Below the pieces are notes generated by a model. That model was not told where the DNA came from. It ran no database searches and worked only from the letters and a program-made list of their open reading frames with translations. From NCBI GenBank assembly GCA_964016885.1, contig OZ024740.1, positions 348,936,001 through 349,000,000 on the forward strand: a DNA stretch of 64,000 bases. The letters run 5' to 3'. Source of the DNA: Eledone cirrhosa. Taxonomy: Eukaryota. Both the position numbers and the translations under genes were made by a program. Shown here piece after piece: positions 58,216-64,000 of this stretch (positions within the stretch are counted from its first letter, which is position 1; each line of letters starts with the position of its first letter).

Positions 58216-59900
58216 CGTGGAACCCATTTGTTTACCATACAGAGAGATGGTGAGAGCGAGAGAGATGGAGGCGATAACAGTGGGAGTTCGGCTCTTCCAG
58301 GTTCGGACCATAACCTTGTGGTTGTTGTCATTATCTATAGAGTTCATTTACATAAAATAACTATATCTCCATAGTATATTTGAAATTACGAGCAGGGCCA
58401 CTATACAGATGTCAGGTTGTTATCTTCCACTGTAAATCAGAACTACGTTTCAAATGAGAGACAGATTATATTTGTTAATTTATTATCTAATTAATGGTTT
58501 ATTTATTTATATTTGGTATTTACTCTATTAAAGTATCTTGTTTACTATACTTTTTATAATGATGCATTATTTTGTATTTTTTTCATAAAAAGGATAGTTT
58601 TAAAGCAATGAACATATTTTTCCTACATAATATGTGAACTACCACACACATATATGTATATAACCAATAAGAGATACGTGTAGCATAGAAATACAATACA
58701 CATACAAATATATGTATTATTAAATAAACTCTGTTTTTAATATACTATATTGTAAAAACTCTCGGAAACGTATTGTGAATTATTCACACCATGTTAGTTT
58801 CATGTCAAATTCCTGAGTATATTAACCGAATACTAGTAAAAGGATATTCTAATTAATAAAACTACTTCAAAATATATTTGAAATTACAAGCAGGACTACT
58901 ATACAGATGTCAGGTTTGGCACTATTAGTAGAGGGTCGGACGCCATGCTTTTCAGCATAGAGTTACGGCCCTTTATGATCTGAGTTCAAATCCAGCCGAG
59001 GTTAACTTTGCCTTTCATCCTTACGGGGTCGATAAAATAAAGTACCAGTGACGCACTGAGGTCGATTTAATCGACTTTTCCCTCCCCCAAATTTCTGGCA
59101 ATGTGCCTATATAAGAAACCATTATCTCCCACTGTAAATCAGAACTATGTTTCAAATCAGAGATTGATTATATTTGTTAATTTATTATCTAAATAATGAT
59201 TTATTTATTTATATTTGGTATTTACTATATTAAAGTATCTTGTTTACTATACTTTTTATAATAATGCATTATTTTGTATTTTTTTCATAAAAAGGATAGT
59301 TTTAAAGCAATGAACATATTTTTCCTACATAATATTTAATATATTTTACGTTTCAAAGTACATAATTTCATATTTTTTGCCAACCACTATTCGGAAATGA
59401 AGACGCTTGTGTCTTTCAATGTAGAATACTATTCTACAAGATGACCTTTCTTTCCTACCTTATAAATATGGGAGCTTTAAGTGAAAGACTTCGCAAGCTT
59501 ACCAGATTATTAGGATATATAAAATAGAAATACTACGGACGAGAGGTGATAATTTATGTAATATTTGTTTAATTATGTATTTATTAACGTATTACTATCT
59601 ACATTCTAATATATTTGTTGGTGGGTAGGTAGGTGTGTGCCTGCCTGTGTGTGCATGTGCAAGTCAAAGCAGATGAACTAAGCTCATTCTATATCTATGA
59701 TGATTTATTATTTCATATAATTTGAAAATGTATTTTCTCCAATTCCGCATAAAAAGAATTTAATTTACAGTATTGATTTCCTTCCATAATCCAGTATAAT
59801 GTGTGCGTTCGGATGTGGTACACTCCATATGCTACACAGTCTGTGTTACATTTGAAATTAAAATTGTTTACTTGAGAATAGCCAAAATTCTACGTTAAAG

Positions 59901-60319
59901 ATTTTCATACAGATTTTGATCCTGATTGTGACATTGGCACCAAGTCAGAGACAATGTGAAATACCAACTGATTTGAAAGTACAATAAGAGAAACTGTCCA
60001 GTGACTGGCATAAATCTTGCCCAGCATTTGTTGTTTCTTCTTATATCATCAGTGAACGTTGAACATGCCCTTGGTACCTTAATATTAACCATGAATCAAC
60101 GAGCTTTCCCCCATTGTGTACAGTAACATTGCCGTTTTAAAGACTGTCTAGATTCTGTCAACAAACACCACTGTGTAAGTGTATTTACTAACATGACGGT
60201 ACTCAAACATACAAATATGTTGATGGATGATATGTGTATAGTCTGTGATAGATATAACCATAGTTTGTTTTTGTGCACGAAATATTGTGATAACTGAAAG
60301 ACATGAAAAATGAATGTGA
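59901..60319 (+). pseudogene. Decayed IL-17-like exon 2
   Basis: Recognisable [50 protein letters not shown] and CFCAR segments, with in-frame stops, deletions and frameshifts. No exon 1 found upstream. Confidence 0.9.
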
Positions 60320-62109
60320 CTCAAAAAAAGAACCAACAAACCTTTAACTGTGTGTAACACAAAATGTATTCATATTATTGAACTTTGGGGATAAAAATAT
60401 TTCCTATAATAGTTTTATATATGTTTAGGTTTATCAACATATTTAGATATTCCATATGTATATTTCCCAGAGAGGATTATCTCTCTTGTTTTTCTTAAGG
60501 ACAAATACTTTATGATATACATTTTCCGTATTATAACGAGCTCCTTTAGTGTCTTTTTAAAATAACTTGCAGCTTAAGTCACGCACATATTATATATACA
60601 TAGACATCGTTTCAAAGCATGTAGCCATTATAATTTAAGATTTATTTTGAGAATTACCCAACTTTATTCTTGAGGGAACTCTTCAGGAAATATGACCACA
60701 TTTCGTAAAGTAACGGTTTGTCTTTCAATTTTGTCCTTATGCCTGGCGAATAAGGTCAGATTTGGAAAGGCTCCTCCACTATACAGTCATGGTTATAATT
60801 GGACACCGAAATCTAATGTCGCGCATGCATGTTATGTGTATGAAATATTAATATATACTAATTAATCTCTCTTGTACTAGATTAAGCATTGTTTACCTTA
60901 GCTGTTTATCTGCGAATATTCTGCATTTCCTTCTTCTCACTTTATATCTTTCTATTTCCTCTTTTATTTCTCATTCTATCTTCTAATGAAGGACTATTGG
61001 CCGGAATATCAAGATCATTTTCCTGTTATTTCAAGAGTTAAACTGAGATATTTCTTCACTGTACTGTGCCGTTTGCTTTGTTATTTCTGTTTACTTTTTA
61101 CATATATGTATGTTTGTATCTATCGTCATTTTGTTTCATAGCGCCACACTTTCTCAGCTTGTATTACCTTTATTAAAATGTATTACCTTTTCGCACCATT
61201 GAAGGCTTTGTCACTCCATGGTGGAAATGTTAATACATTTTCTTCCAGAGGAAACAAAGTGTGTTCGTTCTTCTGTATATAATTTAAGCCAATAGATATT
61301 TGGTTTTATGTTTTGACTTGTGTGACATGCAAATATGAGTGTTAATGTGTTGAAATTATGGCGGATATAGCACTTCTGTTTGAGCTGACAGTGTGATTGG
61401 GCTGACAGAATCAGGTGTCCCACCAACAGAAATATTTATTATGTTGCGTGGGCGAGCATAAAATGCATGATACTCCCTGATCGGGTGAATTATGCGGTTA
61501 TTTGATACCAGATGAGATGATTCTGACGCCGTTGTTTTTGTCTGCGTATTTTATAAAACGTTGCTTTTTCATTTCTCCACTGGTAATTCCCTTCTTACTT
61601 CTCAACGTCAATACATTTCTAGTCATCTGCTATACGTTTTATCCCTTTAATTCCTGTCTTGTCCTTCTCTCTCTCCTCTCAATCTTCTTTTTTTTACTGC
61701 TTTTACTTTCATAAAATGTGGTTGTTTACACGATTCTCTATGCTATGATCAATTATAAACAGACTTATTAAGTATTTACAAAACGAAATTTGAATTATTT
61801 GCGGTTAATACACATTACAACAGTAACATTCTATGCGGCACTACTTCAAAATCCTAATTCAAGTAGTTGTAACATGCTTAATAATACTTTCACTTACTAT
61901 TAAAGCATTACTTAAATGAAAATATTCTCGCTTTAACAATGACTTATTTTTAAGATATCTAAACATATATATTGTTGTATTAAAGAAAAAAGGTACTAAA
62001 AATAGAAATACTAGTGAAGAGAATTTATTATTCTTTCAGCTACATGTGTATCAATGGAAACTACCTACCACTCACTGGACTTTAGCTACATGTAAACAAA
62101 TAATGATTA

Positions 62110-63125
62110 ATTCAAATAAGTTGTATTCCCTAGAATCTCGGGTCTATCTTCTAACATACAAGTATTTAAGGAACACGCCGAGTACTACGATAACGCCCTT
62201 AGTAAAGCAGGCTACCTCAACAAAATAGAGTATATAGATGAGAACAATCAAAACACCCAAAATAAATCCCACATAGGTAGATATAATAACACAACACCAA
62301 ACCACACTTACTACCATAGTATACACACCAGTAAACCAACAAACAAAACTAGTAGAAAGCGATGCAAAGAGTACTTATGGTATAACCCTGAATACAATAG
62401 TTCCATTAGTACAAATTTACCAGTACTCTTTAAAATAATTAAGAGACATTTTCCTACATCACACAAATACCACAAAATCCTAAACCCTACCACTATAAGA
62501 CTGTCATACTCTACAGCGTTAAACCTTGAACAACACATAAAAAAGATCAATACTAGAAGGTTAAACGAAAACACTAAAAACTTAAGTACAAAGAACACAA
62601 AAAAAAACAGTAGATAATACACTACAGAACATAAATAAACCATACCTAAGTTCGTCCGCAATACTACTCCAGAGAAAACCCAACGTACACAACTGTAACT
62701 GCACCTATCCTGACAACTGCCCCCTCGGCAATAACTGCCTGGAAAAAAATATTATTTATAAGTGTACCATTAAATCCGGAGGCAACGAGTGGTATTACGT
62801 GGGATCAACGGCAACATCGTTTAAATCTCGATTATATAGGCATTCTTACTCAATAAAACACCAGAGCCAAAGAAATGTAACAACTTTAGCAGAAAAAGCT
62901 TGGACGCTCAGGGATAGCGGTCAAAAGCTTACCCTAAAATGGGAGAAATTAGCTAAAACCCAAAGCTTTTCCAGGAGCCAAAATTTCTGCAAATTGTGTA
63001 ATCTTGAGATTTGTTACATAATCACACACAAGAAGAAATTGCTGAATAACAGAATTGAACGAACATTATTCTGCCGTCACCGAACTAAAACACTTTTTTC
63101 CCACTACAAGCTGAATATTACATAA
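62110..63125 (+). mobile_element. Penelope-like element 3' part: linker plus GIY-YIG endonuclease (disrupted)
   Basis: WYNP, LSYS, CNC...CPL...CLEKNIIYKC, YVGST..SFKSR..RH, CKLC..E and LN.R.E...CRH motifs. Confidence 0.85.
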
Positions 63126-63402
63126 AAGAGGGACATCCCCCCAACTATATAAACCTCAATCTAGTTAGAAAAATATAAAAACAATCTCTTATCAACATAT
63201 ATATGTATATTAATAACCTTAAATTACCACACTAATAATGGAAAGATATGCTGATGAGAATAGGTGCAAATGTGCTATAATGAATGTGTCTAAAAGCGAC
63301 CATATGTATGTATATATATGTGAAAATGTATATAAATAAGTAAATATATATATATATGTTTGATGTGTATAGTTGGATGCAAGTGTATTCATGTATTAAA
63401 GT

Positions 63403-63465
<63 letters not shown>

Positions 63466-64000
63466 GACTGGAGTATGTATGTAAATATGTGTGTGTCTAT
63501 ACGTGTGTATATAAAGATAAGTTGAGTATGAAAATGTATACACATGGATGCGTATGTATGTACATGTATATATGTGTATATATATGTATATATATATGTG
63601 TGCATGTGTATATGTATGTAAGTATGAGCATGTAAGTATGTGTATGTGAGTATATGTATTTTGTAGAGGTGTGCATATATGTTTGTGTGTGAATGCGTGG
63701 GCGAAAGGATACGTACACTTGAAAGAAAAATTTAAGTCTGAATGTTAATTAAGTGCAAACACAAAACCAACCATGCATATCTATACTATCTCTAATCCTT
63801 CTATAGATTTAGAAAAATAACCAATAATATATTCTATAAAAATGTCAAAACAACAGATGGGAATCTAATTACTCACTGCCACCAAAAATTCTCACTGCTA
63901 TCAAAAAACCACTCCCTCAACTATTCTTCTAACAACTTCACCCCTCCCTCCTAATATTCTCTATAAAAACCAAACAGGTCCTTAGTAAAAATTATTCTGA

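Overview
AT-rich, microsatellite-dense animal genomic DNA, most likely from an octopod cephalopod. That assignment is inferred from the IL-17 tandem array and the abundant tRNA-headed Meta-type SINE. The window holds an interleukin-17-like gene cluster: five copies with intact reading frames (one on the minus strand, head-to-head with the second) and one decayed pseudogene, plus several orphan upstream modules left by older duplicons. The ORF track misses the true gene structure. Each gene has a 12-nt coding first exon (ATG AAC ATT AAA|gtaagt = MNIK, or MITS in copy 5) spliced in phase 0 to a large exon that completes the signal peptide and cystine knot. Bases 1-11194 are an inverted, mosaic copy of the repeat unit, and gene conversion is visible between copies. 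Mobile elements include a microsatellite-flanked Tx1/L1-clade LINE, CRE-like RLE retrotransposons, RTE and CR1-like fragments, a Penelope-like GIY-YIG fragment, MITEs and about 16 SINE copies. The most unusual signal is a set of non-coding tandem or fold-back inserts in (TA)n tracts that carry type-I hammerhead ribozyme motifs with palindromic stem III. One is a 317-nt retrozyme-like tandem unit with a U3-A8 variant core. Others lie in sense orientation inside IL-17 introns. All alignments and folds were done by eye, so repeat boundaries are approximate.
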